DNA from: Sphyrna mokarran
Lineage: Eukaryota
Assembly: GCA_024679065.1 (NCBI GenBank)
Contig: JAGIQG010000012.1
Span: 52,452,001-52,516,000, forward strand
DNA length: 64,000 nucleotides
Reading direction: 5' to 3'
The position numbers were made by a program, and so were the translations under genes. Shown here piece by piece: positions 38,765-50,245 of this stretch (its first letter is position 1; each line of letters starts with the position of its first letter). A model generated the notes under the pieces. The model saw nothing but the letters and a program-made list of their open reading frames with translations, was not told where the DNA came from and searched no databases.

Positions 38765-39889
38765 GTCCCTAGATATACCTTAAAAGTGCAGGCTCCATCT
38801 CTTTTGGGGCTGCAGTGGCCACCACTCTTGTGGGTGCTGCTGAGACAAGATAGTTGCTAGCTCTCTGGCCAGCTTTTGGAGGCAGGACTACTCTTAGGTG
38901 CAACTGATTAAAGCCCAAGAGCCATTAAATCAGTAGTAGGTGAGCCAATTCTGCGGAGGTGGGCTTGCCACCAACCTTGGTGATGGGAGGGAGAAACCAC
39001 TCCCAGTATAAAATCCAGTCCACAATTTAGCGGTAGTTAACTTTTTATTCAACCTGGCCATTTAGCAGCAAGAGAAAACTGCATTGATAGAGCTCTCCTG
39101 ACATCAGTCTTTGAACAAATAAATGCATTCCAAATGAGCTGCAATTCATAGAGAGTGAAAGCAGATAGATTGATCAGGAAAGCATTTAAGAAGCTGACCT
39201 TCAAGCGATTTGCAATCTTCCATTGTGGCAGAAACATGAGGAAACATGAGGAAACAAAGTTGTTTTTACCTTGGTCTTGATGACCAAACAGAAGAAAATC
39301 AACTTGGGGTCAAATCACAGTCACCACTCGATCTCCGTTGACCTGTGATGACAGTCAGAAAGGTTAATAGAGTTGAACAGAGGCATGTGGAAGCAAAACA
39401 ATGCCTCCTGTTTTGCTTACATTGTTAGGAAAAATTTTGATTTATTCAACACTTGATATTAGGTAAGTAAATTTGGAAATAAAGTCATGAAGTGGCACAG
39501 GTATCTTCAAATTTTGAGCACCTGAAATGAAAGAGAGGGATAAAGGTAAGATATCAGTCAGAAGATAGAACAATGAAAGACGATTGGCTGGTGAAAGAAG
39601 TAAGAAGGGAAAAAGAGGATACATTTGCAATGTCTGCTCCAGTGTTGCCACTTGCTGTGTCCATGTCCCTTTACCCTGCCCAATAGCCAATAAGTGGTGT
39701 CATTCATGGTGGCTGCATGCTGAATCATCCTAATGGGTTCCCAGCGAGAATTGAAATGCTGCCTTAGGCCACGTGCACAGGTGTGTGCACCACTTGCCCA
39801 GTCTCTCACCTACTCATTTTTGGAGACGGTTCAATTCTTGAGCCATAATGTCTGACATTTTGCAAAGGAAACTCATTTAAAAAGTAATT

Positions 39890-40035
39890 GGATTTGTATC
39901 TGAAATGTTGTCATCTGGAAGGCTATGGACCAGGTGCTGGAAAATGGGATTAAAATGAGTGGCTAGTGTTCTTTTCTTTCCTTTCAGCTGGCACAGACAG
40001 TGGGCTGAATGGCCTCTTTCTGCACATGGTTCTAA
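39890..40035 (+). mobile_element. CR1 3'UTR/tail fragment
   Basis: GGCTATGGACCAGGTGCTGGAAAATGGGATTA...GGGCTGAATGGCCTCTTTCTG..GTTCTA. Confidence 0.65.
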
Positions 40036-40914
40036 CCCACATTGCCATTTGCACTCGTTGCAGAGTAGTTTGTTCAGAGCTGACCACTTGTTTTTACCGG
40101 GAAGGGGTTAAAGTGCGGATTGACTCCAGCTAGATTCTAATCCTAATTGCAGGTTAGTGGTTTTAAATTGGTGTATCTCATTCACTTCCATGGGCTCTGC
40201 CAGCTTAAGACAGCTGAGCACTAAGCATAATCGAGCTCCCGGACATCCAGTATTATTTAAAGTGGCAACACAAAGCTTTAATCAGGAAACCATACAATCA
40301 GCAGCAACTTTAATGTCCCTTGTATTTCTGACCAAAGCATATAAAAGTTGTGCAGTATTTCAAAATGTAAAGGTTACTTCAAGATACTTTTGAAATATTT
40401 TCCTTATAGTTATCACTAATGCTGTTTTTGTAGATTTTATGCAATATTTTGAACTTGGTACCCACACAGGTCATGGAAATTATATCCTACCACCTTTCAA
40501 AGGAACAAAAACCTACTTAATCATTCACGTCCTAGTAGTTAGTTCAGTTTTGAGATAATTTGCAGTCTACTTGTGTTTTCTATGTACTCTCTCTTCACAT
40601 TTCATTGTGGATGTATACCAATAAATGAGAAGTGAATGCACTGTGGAGAAACCAGTCAAGGGATATTGTGGCTTTGCTGTGGGCAATATTACAGGCACTA
40701 TATTACTGATGAGCTTTCTCTCTGATGCATACTTAACTCTTTATCTGCATCATCCTGAATTGCTGCTGCACAGAATAATGAGAATTGTTGCCATTGTAAT
40801 CCAGTAAAAAGAAATGGTTTTGCTTCTTTTAAAGAAGTATGCAGGATTGCCTCAATTCATGTGCAGCTGTCGATTGGTTAGCATGTGTTTAAGCTGGTCT
40901 TTGCTTATTGGTAA

Positions 40915-41532
40915 TAAAAAATCAAAAATGCTGGGAAAACTTGGCAGGTCAGGCAGTGTTTGTGGAGAGAACCATTAATGTTTCAGGTAGAATGACTTTT
41001 TCACCAGAGCTGAAGAATGATAGAAATTTAAAAATTGCTGTTGCATAATGAAATCTTTTGTTATTTAATCACTGCTGCCCTCACAGCGCCAGAGATCGGG
41101 GTTCAATTCCAGGCTTGGATCACTGTCTATGCAGAAGTCTGCATGTTCTTACTGTGTCTGCATGGATTTCCTCTGGGTGCTCCAGTTTCCTCCCACAGTC
41201 CAAAAGATGTGCTGCTTAGGTGCATTGGCCATGCTAAATTCTACTCTCAGTGTACCCGAACAGGTGCCGCGGAGTGTGACGACTGGGAGGTTTTCACAGT
41301 AACTTCATTGAAGAGTTTTAATGTAAGCCTACTTGTAATACTAATGAATAAACTTAATAGTCACAGAGATTCATGGTTTAAAAACTCAGTTCTATCGTTT
41401 TTTAGTTCTAATGGAAGGTCAGTTGACCTGAAATGTTAATTCTGTTTCTCTCTGATGTTGTCTGACCTGCTAAGTTTTTCCAGCTTTTTTTAATTCTATT
41501 TCAGTTTTCCTGCTATATGCAGTATTTTGCTT
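40915..41532. mobile_element. Inverted pair of Penelope-like terminal repeats with a SINE in the spacer
   Basis: Arm 40925-41012 is the imperfect reverse complement of 41403-41490; related to 9083-9280 (GCAGGTC, GACCTGCT, CCAGC..TGCAGTA-TTTGCTTTT). Confidence 0.7.
41070..41356 (+). mobile_element. SINE tail type B
   Basis: CACTGCTGCCCTCACAGCGCCAG..GGTTCAATTCC..TTTCCTCCCACAGTCCAAAAGATGTG..TTCACAGTAACTTCATTG..GTAAGCCTACTTGT. Confidence 0.9.
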
Positions 41533-43494
41533 TTGTGCGTTTTGCTTATTATTATTTCTGGCAGATACTTGATTCACTTCAGAATCTTGTTGCACAGCAA
41601 TCAATTGAATGAAATGAAAATAATGCTTTCCAGGCAGCTCCGTACTGCCCCTCGAGCTAATGCCATGCAAATCAGAGTTGCCAAAAATGGCACACTCGTA
41701 GCTCCCAGCCACTTGAGTATAGTCCATGTGGTGCGCTATGCTGGTTCTAGCATGGTCTGGGCACTTCCAAACTGGGCAGATTGTGATACCAAACAGCCTC
41801 TTGGAATTGATTTGATGCACACACTGCCAATTTGAACCTCATAGATCCAGTTAGCGCCATGTCCTGAACGTTCCCAGCTGAAGATGCTTTCAGCTTTGAG
41901 GCCTCCCTCATGAGTGTTGTTTAAAGGGCCCACCATCCAAGCTGCAGATGAGGTACTTCTGACTTGGTGCTTCCACTAATTTTGCAAATATAAATATAAC
42001 GTTCTCTTGGAGTGTTTTGGTGACTTGTTGGATTATTGTTGCTGCATTGTGAAAAGGAGATCTGTGTAGTTTTGTGCCTTGGACACAAAAAGCCTGCTGG
42101 AACTATGAGGACTGTAGTTCCTCTGGGAGGGAGTGGGGCGGAAGGGTGGATTTTCTGGCAGCACTTTCTTATCTCCACCTTAACCAGGGGCTATATTAGA
42201 GATGCCTATGATTTAACAAGGAAATAAGTGGTGCTACTTCCTGCAATAGGGCAAGGATGGCATTGCCAATGGTCATCAAGGACATCTTTGTGCTGAACGT
42301 CTGTGGAAGTAAATCCTCCCAGCTATGAATAGTGACAGCTAACATTTCCCTGTTTGCTGTACACTATTGATGGGGGTGGGGGGAGGGAGTGATAGGTGCA
42401 CCATATACCAAAAGAGGAGACTTCATGATCTTTTCTGTTACCATATGGACATAAGAGAAGTGCTTGCTTGATTTTACCAGGATGGCAAGATGCCCAATAG
42501 TGCAGGGAGCCATCTGTTGCACTGGTTCTATCCAAATGCAGTTGGTGAGAAACCATATCAAATTTGGAATGAAGCTCTTCCTTGATTCTTGACTGAAACA
42601 AGACACTGCCAGCAGGCCTTACAAAGTACCCAGCATCTGGTCTGCATGCTATTCAGTCCTCTCCTATACACCACCCCATCAAAGTCCTCATCTGAGTCCC
42701 CTCTAGCAGAATTCATTTGCAACCTGGTCTTCTGGCAACTGCGCCATTATTTTCCTCTGGCTTGGCTGCATCTCGTTTGTGCCTGGTGATTGACTACGTA
42801 CAGAATCTGACTCTGTAAGATGAATTGTATGAATATTTGAGCTGGGGACTGCAATCATCATATCAAGTACTTCTTCCTGAGTGGTCTTAAGCAGCTTTCA
42901 CACTTCCTCATGAGGTTGTAGTGGATGGCCAAGTGCTGCTATTTATGTATCTGAAAGTATAAATGCAGAAGGGAAGAGAAAGAGGAATGGGTGGAAAGCA
43001 AGAAACCCATGATCACATCATCTCCAGTTTTTAATTCATGCCAGGTAGCAGGATGAGGATGAGAGTTGAAAGGAAGGAATAAGGCAGAATGTTGTTGGTG
43101 ATGCTGTGTTCTCTACAACCACCCCAATAGTGCTGAGCACTGCCTCCCTTAGAAGGCTTGGGTAATACAGACATGTCAGTGTCACTTGAGTCTTGCCTGT
43201 CCTTTCTATGAGCCACCTTATCCTATAAAGAAAAGGAAGAATATCAGATATTCTGATTGGGTAGTGTTCCTATCATGGCTGAAGAGTTGGAGCTATTCGG
43301 AAGCAGTGAGGTAGGTGTGAGACTGGCAAAATTGGAATGTGTAAGTGCGAGATAGAGCTTCTGCTTAAGTGATTGGGTGTGATGCATTGAGCAGTGTGAG
43401 AGGTTGGTACAGTGGATAGGATAGGTGCAATCACTGATTTTGATCTCCTGGAGGTCTTTGAACTCCATGTGGTACTGTTTCTTTTTATGTTCCT

Positions 43495-43770
43495 TCAAGG
43501 GATGTGGGTATCATTGGCAAGGCCAGTATTTATTGCCCATCCCTATATGCTCTTGAGAAGTTGGTGGTGAGTTGTCTTCAAGAACCTCAGCAGTCCTAGA
43601 GCTGTAGGTACACCCACAATGCTGTCATAGAGAGAATTCCAGGACTTTGATCCAGTAACGCTGGTGATATATTTTCAAGTCAGGATGGTGTGTGGCTTGG
43701 AAGAGAATTTGCAAATGGTAGTATTCCCAGGTACTACTTCAGTATTTGAGGAGTTGCAAATGGTGCTGAA
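43495..43770 (-). mobile_element. 3' end of second CR1-clade LINE family
   Basis: GGGATGTGGGTATCATTGGCAAGGCCAGTATTTATTGCCCATCCCTA..CTTGAGAAG is the reverse complement of the tail at 27840-27915. Confidence 0.75.
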
Positions 43771-43959
43771 CAGTGCATAATGTTAACTGTTACTAGGTTC
43801 TCGGGAATTCAGCTACCTCTCTAACTGCTCCCTCTCCTTTCTCAGGGTTTGCCTTCAATGCCTTCTGACACTCTGCAAGCATACCTTTGGCTGATCGTCA
43901 AATTCAATACATGATGTCACCTACCACCTCCTCCATCACCACCCCCCGCTTCCTCCCTC

Positions 43960-44355
43960 CCCTTTATCCTCAAAAGCTTTGTCTAATTCCTTCTTGAAAT
44001 CACATAATGTTTTGGCCTCAACTACTTTCTGTGATAGTGAATTCTATAGATCCACCACTCTCGGGATGAAGGAAGTTCTTCTTACTTCGGTCCTGAAAGA
44101 TTTACCCCTTAACCTCAAATCATGACCCCTAGTTCTGGATTCCCCCACCACTGGGAACACTCTTTCTGAATCTACTCTGTATAATCCTGTTAGAATTTTA
44201 TATTTGTATGAGATCCTGTCTCCCTTGTCTAAACTCCAATGAATATAATCCTAACCGACTTGGTCTCTCATATAACTACCCTGCCATTCCAGGAATCAGT
44301 CCGGTAAACCTTCACTGCACTCCCTAAACAACAAGAACATTCTCCTTCAGATAAA
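43960..44355 (-). mobile_element. CR1 LINE ORF2 C-terminal fragment
   Basis: Colinear with 1440-1820 (ACCACTCTC, ATGACCCCTAGTTCT, CCAGGAATCAGTCCGGTAAACCT). Confidence 0.8.
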
Positions 44356-47229
44356 ACCTCATATTAATGCCTTCTGTGCTGTATCAGAAAACCTGGGAGT
44401 CCTCGGTCTTGTCTGGTGTTTCATTTGGTCTTGCAGGCCATTCCTGCACAGTCAACAGCATCTTCCTTATAATGAATGCAGCTCTCCATTGAAGAGGTGC
44501 AGGCTAACTGAAACATGTGCTCGCCATGTTGTCACCTTGACCAGTGTTGAACGCTCAAGCTGCCAGCAATGTGTGTCGCCTCATCTGAGTGTTATAATGA
44601 TTCAAGTGGGGAAGCACCATGAAATTTGTGCATTGCTTATCTCAACATGACCAGGCATAGTGTAATAGTAAGTAGTAACCTCAGAGCCCAAAAATAGAAG
44701 CAATTGAATTCTTCTCTCCCTGGGTTGTATCAGTGGGTGAATGCCACCTAACACTGAATTTACTATAAGGATTTAATCCTAAACTTTTACACAGTTTTAT
44801 GTGGTAGAATGGCATTGTAATGGTTCCTTTATGGGCAACATAGCTGAAGAGGGTCATCTGACTTGAGGGAGCAATTAGACAAGAGTGGGTAAATCATCCA
44901 AGAAGGTCAAGTCTTCACTTGGCAGGGGTATCTAGAAGACAATGAGGGACGTGGGCTGCTGCAGGGCAGCTGTGGTGGGAGGAGTGGGGGAGCGACTGCT
45001 AGCCTCTGCACAGTTTGTCCATATGAATATATCTTCTGTATTTTTGACAAAGTAAGAGAATGTGCATCATTACACTGGCAATGAGGATAAAATAATTGTT
45101 GATGACACTGCCTGTGGCCCAACACCTATGAATGTGCTATTTTAATCAAAGTTTGAAGAAAAGAAATATTCACCCTAATGTCTGTGTTTGGGCGAATAGA
45201 CCCACTTGGGATGTTGAGGTATTGCCAGACCCTGAGGGACAGAAGCAGAGCAAACCTGAATTAGCCGATGCAGTCAGAAGTTTAGAAGTTTAGAAAAAGA
45301 AATAGGAGAAAACAACCCTCAGAAGCAAGAGCTGTGATTTTGAGTTTAAGGAAAACAGAACTTGGCTTGAGAAAAAAAAGTTGCTACAAAGTTGTTTAAA
45401 AAGAGAGCGCATAAAGCAGTGTCTTGTAAGGAAGAAATACCCAGGACTGTAACTTAGCAATGAAAGCCTAGGGAGGAGGACTCTTCTGTTTAAAGTAACT
45501 ATTCAGCCTACCTTGTCCATGCCAGCCCAAGGTCACACCTTGCCACACCCAGGTGTCATTTCCAAGCTTCCCTTCCTGCACCTGGCCCAGAGCCATGCAG
45601 CTGAAAGCATGATGGAGATCCATATACTTCATACCAGGATTTGTGATTCTGTGGATGACTAAACAGTCTTAAAACTGAAATGCACTTTAAGCAGAAATGT
45701 GCTTAAAGCAGCAACCAGAAGAACAGATAAAGGACAATATACAGGAAAATTGAAGAAGACCCCAGATAGGGGAGAACTCAAAAAAAGTCCATAAACAACT
45801 AAGTCCTCAAAGAGGCATTAAAGATCCCCAAACAGAAAGCATTGACAGACACTAGAAGGTGGGCACTGAAAGACAATGATGCACGCTCAGGGATTTTGTC
45901 GTGGTGTTTATTAATAAGGAAAAATTATACAGAGGCTATCAGTGCCCCCCCCAGCCCCAGTCCCAGCTGCCCTAAGAGGTCCAATAGTGCATCGTCCAGA
46001 GTGTGTCCAGTCTGCGAACATCTGGAGACTGGAAGATCTGGACCTGTGTGTTGAAGGCAAGATCTATTTAGAATAAACGTAAACACACTGTTGTGCAAGA
46101 TGTAAATTTTAACTTTGTAACTGACATCTGCAATTTTTTCATTTGATTTTGAATATTCAGTTACTAAAATCTTTTGGCATGGCTCTAGACTGGATTATAA
46201 AATAATGATAAAGTCAATGTTCACACATTAAGAGTGCTCTGCAAAGAAAAATAATCTCCAATTGTTACTCCGTCACTTTTGTCATTTAATTGTAATGCTG
46301 AAATGAAGTGACCGGATGGGAAGGGAGGGTAAGGGTCTGAATCAAACATTAGGGCATTATGTGATATTCTCCTGTCTAAAAGCAGAGTCCAGTTGTAAAG
46401 TGGTTGCAAATATAAGCTTGTATTTATTTAAGACACTCAGTTGTTGGGCTTTGACTCATTTTTTTGGGCCTCTTCCCTGGGCATGGTGGTATTGTTGTAC
46501 TTAAGCATTAACTATTGCAGTGAGCAATCCAAATAGGAAGTGTTTTTTCAGAAAAATCTTGTTAAGTTATTGTTAAAAATATGTTCAGAAGAACATTTTC
46601 CTTTTTAATTGGCCTCAGCATTTAAGAATGTTGGAAATATAATGCAATTTTCTAATGTGTTTTATTTGAACTGGAAACTTAAATGAAGTTGGCAGGAAAT
46701 CACCATAGCCATTTAGCCTCATCAGTGCTTATATGTAAGTAAATTATTGGTTGCTATGGTAGCATTGAGCACCTGTTCTGACTTTTTAATCTCGGAGTTT
46801 ACCAGGCTAACCTGGTGTGTTTTATTATGTGTTATGAAAGCATTCTACATGGGAAAGGGGAGAACGTGCAAATCGAGAATAGCTGCGGTTTCCTTAACTG
46901 CTGCTACTTTCCAAAAGCAGTGAGGAAACTCAAGACATTATGAAATGCATTGCCCCAGCCCATAGATTTGCTTTCGGTTCTTAAGAAGCTTCTGCAATTT
47001 TATTAGGTTGGCATATATGTTGATTTTTGCTGTGGATTCCAGCAACTTAATTCATCATATGTGAGCACAATCTAAGCCTTGGCAGGTTATTTAACTGATA
47101 TATTTTCCTCATCTGGCAGCCACACGCGTACAGTTTGCAGAATGGATTGTTCCTACACAATCAGGGGTAGAACAATGGCTGAGATTTTGAATGACAAAGA
47201 AATTTCTCTTTTTTCAAGGGATGGTAAGA

Positions 47230-48495
47230 ATGTGGCAAGCTTCCCAATCCTTAAAAACCCACCTTTGATCCCTCTGTACTCACCAACTGTTTTCCAACCT
47301 TCCGCTTCTTTGATTTCCCAAACCCTTGAATGTACTCCATGTCAATCTCTCCTGCAACTTTGTCTGCATGCCTCCAGTCAGCTTCCTGCCATTCCCATAG
47401 CATTATCAATGCTCATAACTGAATTCATATCTTCAGTGGTCTAGCAATGGTGCATTATCCCTCCTCTCCCTCTGTGACCGCTGCAATCTTCAACACAGTT
47501 ACATCCTCCTACAATTTCTCTTTCATAGGGTGATCCCAACTGATTGGCCAACATGCTAACTTTTGTTTGTATTGGTTTTTGGGAAGTTGACCTTCCATCT
47601 GTGGTCAGCTTTCTGATTACCTTTGCTGATCTTTCAACCCCCTCTACTTGCCTCGGTGCTACTTGATGCCTGGTGACTATTTTTCAATGAGCTTTATTTC
47701 CTATGGCTAAGCCATGGAAGATCAAAGCCATCATCTTTAGGCACGGTGGCACAGTGGTTAGCACTGTTGCCTCACAGCACCAGGGACCCAGATTCGATTC
47801 CCGACTTCGGTCACTGTCCGTGTGGAATCTGCACGTTCTCTCCATGTCTGTGTGGGTTTCCTCCAGGTGCTCTGATTTTCTTCTACAGCCCCAAAGACAT
47901 GATGGTTGGATGCATTGGCCAGGCTAAATTCTCCCTCCTGTGTACCTGAATAGGCACTGGAGAGTGGAGAGTAGGGGATTTCATTGCAGTGTTAATGTAA
48001 GCCTATGTTTGACACAAATAAATGTTTAAAATAAACGTTTTAAATATTCAACCCTACCTTGAATTCCATTATTCTCCATTCTATTCCAGGCCCAACTCCA
48101 TTCCCTTCCCAAACAGTCTGAAACAGACAGCTCATATACTGTTTGACCTCAAATTTAGTTTTCCACACTTACATCCTCTCAATTAGAAAAGCTCCTGGTT
48201 GCAGCTCTGTCTGTTGGGTACTGAGGCCCTCATTCTTGCCTTTGGTCGCTTCCAGATTTGCTCACTTCAGTGCTCTCCTGGCCAGCTTGCCATCCTCGAA
48301 TCTGTAGACTTCAACTCAGCCATAACCTGCTGCTCCGTATCGTATCCTGACTTCTCCCAACACTTAATTCTTAAATTCTTATCCTTGATCACCCCTCTAG
48401 TAAAGGAAACATCTACTTATCCTGTCTCTCTGCAAAGCGCTTGAAGTCCTTATCTCTATTAAAAATGCTTTATATGTGCACCTTTTTGGTGTTGA
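47230..48495 (+). mobile_element. Decayed L2-clade LINE, split by a SINE
   Basis: PILKNP/DPSVLTN, LQS-like and AAIFNTV..ILLQ remnants; L2-type 3' end GCAAAGCGCTTGAAG..TATTAAAAATGCTTTATATGTGCA..GTTG. Confidence 0.55.
47740..48023 (+). mobile_element. SINE tail type B, near full length
   Basis: GGCACGGTGGCACAGTGGTTAGCACTG (A box), GATTCGATTCC (B box), core and tail as in the other copies. Confidence 0.9.
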
Positions 48496-48620
48496 TCCTT
48501 CAAAGAACTATTTCTTTGTGGTTTAAAAACACCCACCCTGATTCATCAAATAATGCAAATTCGAGTCTTCTAATGTATTGTCGCTGTCACACTGCACATT
48601 TTGTTTCCTGTACAATAATA

Positions 48621-48850
48621 GGTTAGATTCCCGGCTTGGGTCACTGGGAGGAAACCCACGCAGACACTTGGAGAACGTGCAAATTTCATACACAGTCCAA
48701 AAGACGTGCCAGTTAGGTGCATTGGCCATGCTAAATTCTCCCTCAGTGTACCCGAACAGCTGCTGGAATGTGGCTCCTAGGGGATTTTCACAGGAACTTT
48801 ATTGCAGTGTTGATGTAAGCCTATTTGTGACACTAATAAATAAACTTTAC
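48621..48850 (+). mobile_element. SINE tail type B with internal inversion
   Basis: Flanks are in sense orientation; 48647-48695 is antisense to the SINE core. Confidence 0.85.
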
Positions 48851-49849
48851 AAGTGACTGGAAGTTTCTGTAGTGACTTTGCTATGTGTATCCGTTTTCAA
48901 TGTGCTGTTCAGTGTTGCTGTTCAGTTCAAATTGGGCTACCCACACATTGTACTTACGTTGGGCGCGTGGCCTAATCAAGAGAATGATGGCTTAAACCCC
49001 TTTATGCATTTTAGTTTGACTTGTAGTTAACATTGTATCCTTTTCACTACACCCTTAATTATATTTATTTGCACTTTTGATAAACCCACTTTTGGTAAAT
49101 GGACTTCTGGGGATGGTTGTTGGGGGAATTACATAGTGAATAGACTGAAACTGATTAATTGCATCCTCTTGTTTTTAATCATTTATGACGTGCAGGAGAT
49201 GTACTAATTTTAATTGACTATTTGGAGTGTCTTCTTTTAGTTATTCTGACATTAGAATTTAAAGGAATTGCTGATGCTGTTGAAATGAATGTACGTGTAA
49301 CAAAATGTGCTTTTGTGAGTGACAAGTAATAGTCGCACAAAGAGCATATGAAATATTAAACGGAGCAGATTCAGCAAATTGTACATTTGCCAAATTTAGA
49401 AACATCAAAGATCTTTTTTTCACCTTGTACTGCATTCTGGAAATGAATAAGATTTCCCTTATGATCTTTTTGATGTTGATTTGTTCTGTCAGTGCTTTCC
49501 TAAAATCTTTCTTTCACTGATGAGCACACGCTCTCGCACTTGCTCTTTTCTCTCCATTCCCCCCCTCCTCTCCCTCTTAATTCTTTTGAAAATCTGGTTC
49601 TCCCTCTTTCTTCCACCGCCAAATAGGCTCAGCCCTATCCCTCTTCCCTCCGAACCCAATCTCATTTTCCCCCTTTCACGCTCCACGTTATCACTCCTCC
49701 ACAAATCTTGCTTTCCATCTCACTGCCCACCCACCTCACACTTCCCCCATTCGCACTTGGTTTCCCTCATGCTTTCTACCTTCCACACCTTTCCCCCAAA
49801 TGGTTTTCTCCCTTCCTCTCTTCACGTGCTCTCTCCCTCCCCTCCCTTT

Positions 49850-50245
49850 CCCACGATTTCACCCTCACTCCCCCGTGTGATCTCACCATCCCCGCCCCGT
49901 GATCTCATCCTTGTCTGCCCCCCCCAAATTTCACCTTCCTCCCCCCCGTGATCTCATCCTTCTCCACCCCACCCCGTGATCTTACCCTCCTTTCCCTCCC
50001 CGTAATCTCACCTCCACCTCGTGATCTCACCTTCCTCTCTCCCCCCCCCATAATCTCACCTTCCTCTCTTCCCACCGCTGTGATTTCACCTTCCTCCCCC
50101 CACTGTGATTTCACCTTCCTCTTCCTCTTCCCCTTCCCTGTGATCTCATCTACTTCTCCCACGACCCCCCCCTTATCTCACCTTCCTCCTCCCCCCACCA
50201 TGATCTCACCTTCGTCCTCCCCCACCGCGATTTCACCCTCTTCCC
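49850..50245 (+). repeat. Degenerate pyrimidine-rich minisatellite (core GATYTCACC plus C/T tract, about 15 units) within a C/T-rich block 49530-50465
   Basis: Recurrent (C)GTGATCTCACCTTCC(T)CCCCC at roughly 20-35 nt spacing, followed by (CT)n at ~50424-50444. Confidence 0.9.

Noticed and set aside
41035-41439. 134-aa ORF, and similar ORFs at 13337, 47746, 57136 and 62667
   Set aside because: Translations of SINE sequence (recurrent GFP.GAPVSSHSPKD peptide), not genes.
42460-42580. Minus-strand HLDRTSATDGSLHY, resembling Harbinger transposase CLDRSGGALQY
   Set aside because: Single degenerate motif; cannot be supported without a profile search.
45130-46300. Purine-rich block that might be a solo LTR
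   Set aside because: No second copy, TG..CA boundaries or TSD identified.
47740-47815. tRNA-like sequence with A and B boxes
   Set aside because: It is a SINE head continuing into SINE core and tail; not a tRNA gene.
49850-50245. Conserved core with variable spacers, superficially CRISPR-like; also Pro/Ser-rich ORFs 49481-49951 and 49948-50493
   Set aside because: Core is only ~9 nt, spacers are low-complexity C/T, there are no cas genes and the context is vertebrate. The ORFs reflect stop-poor composition.
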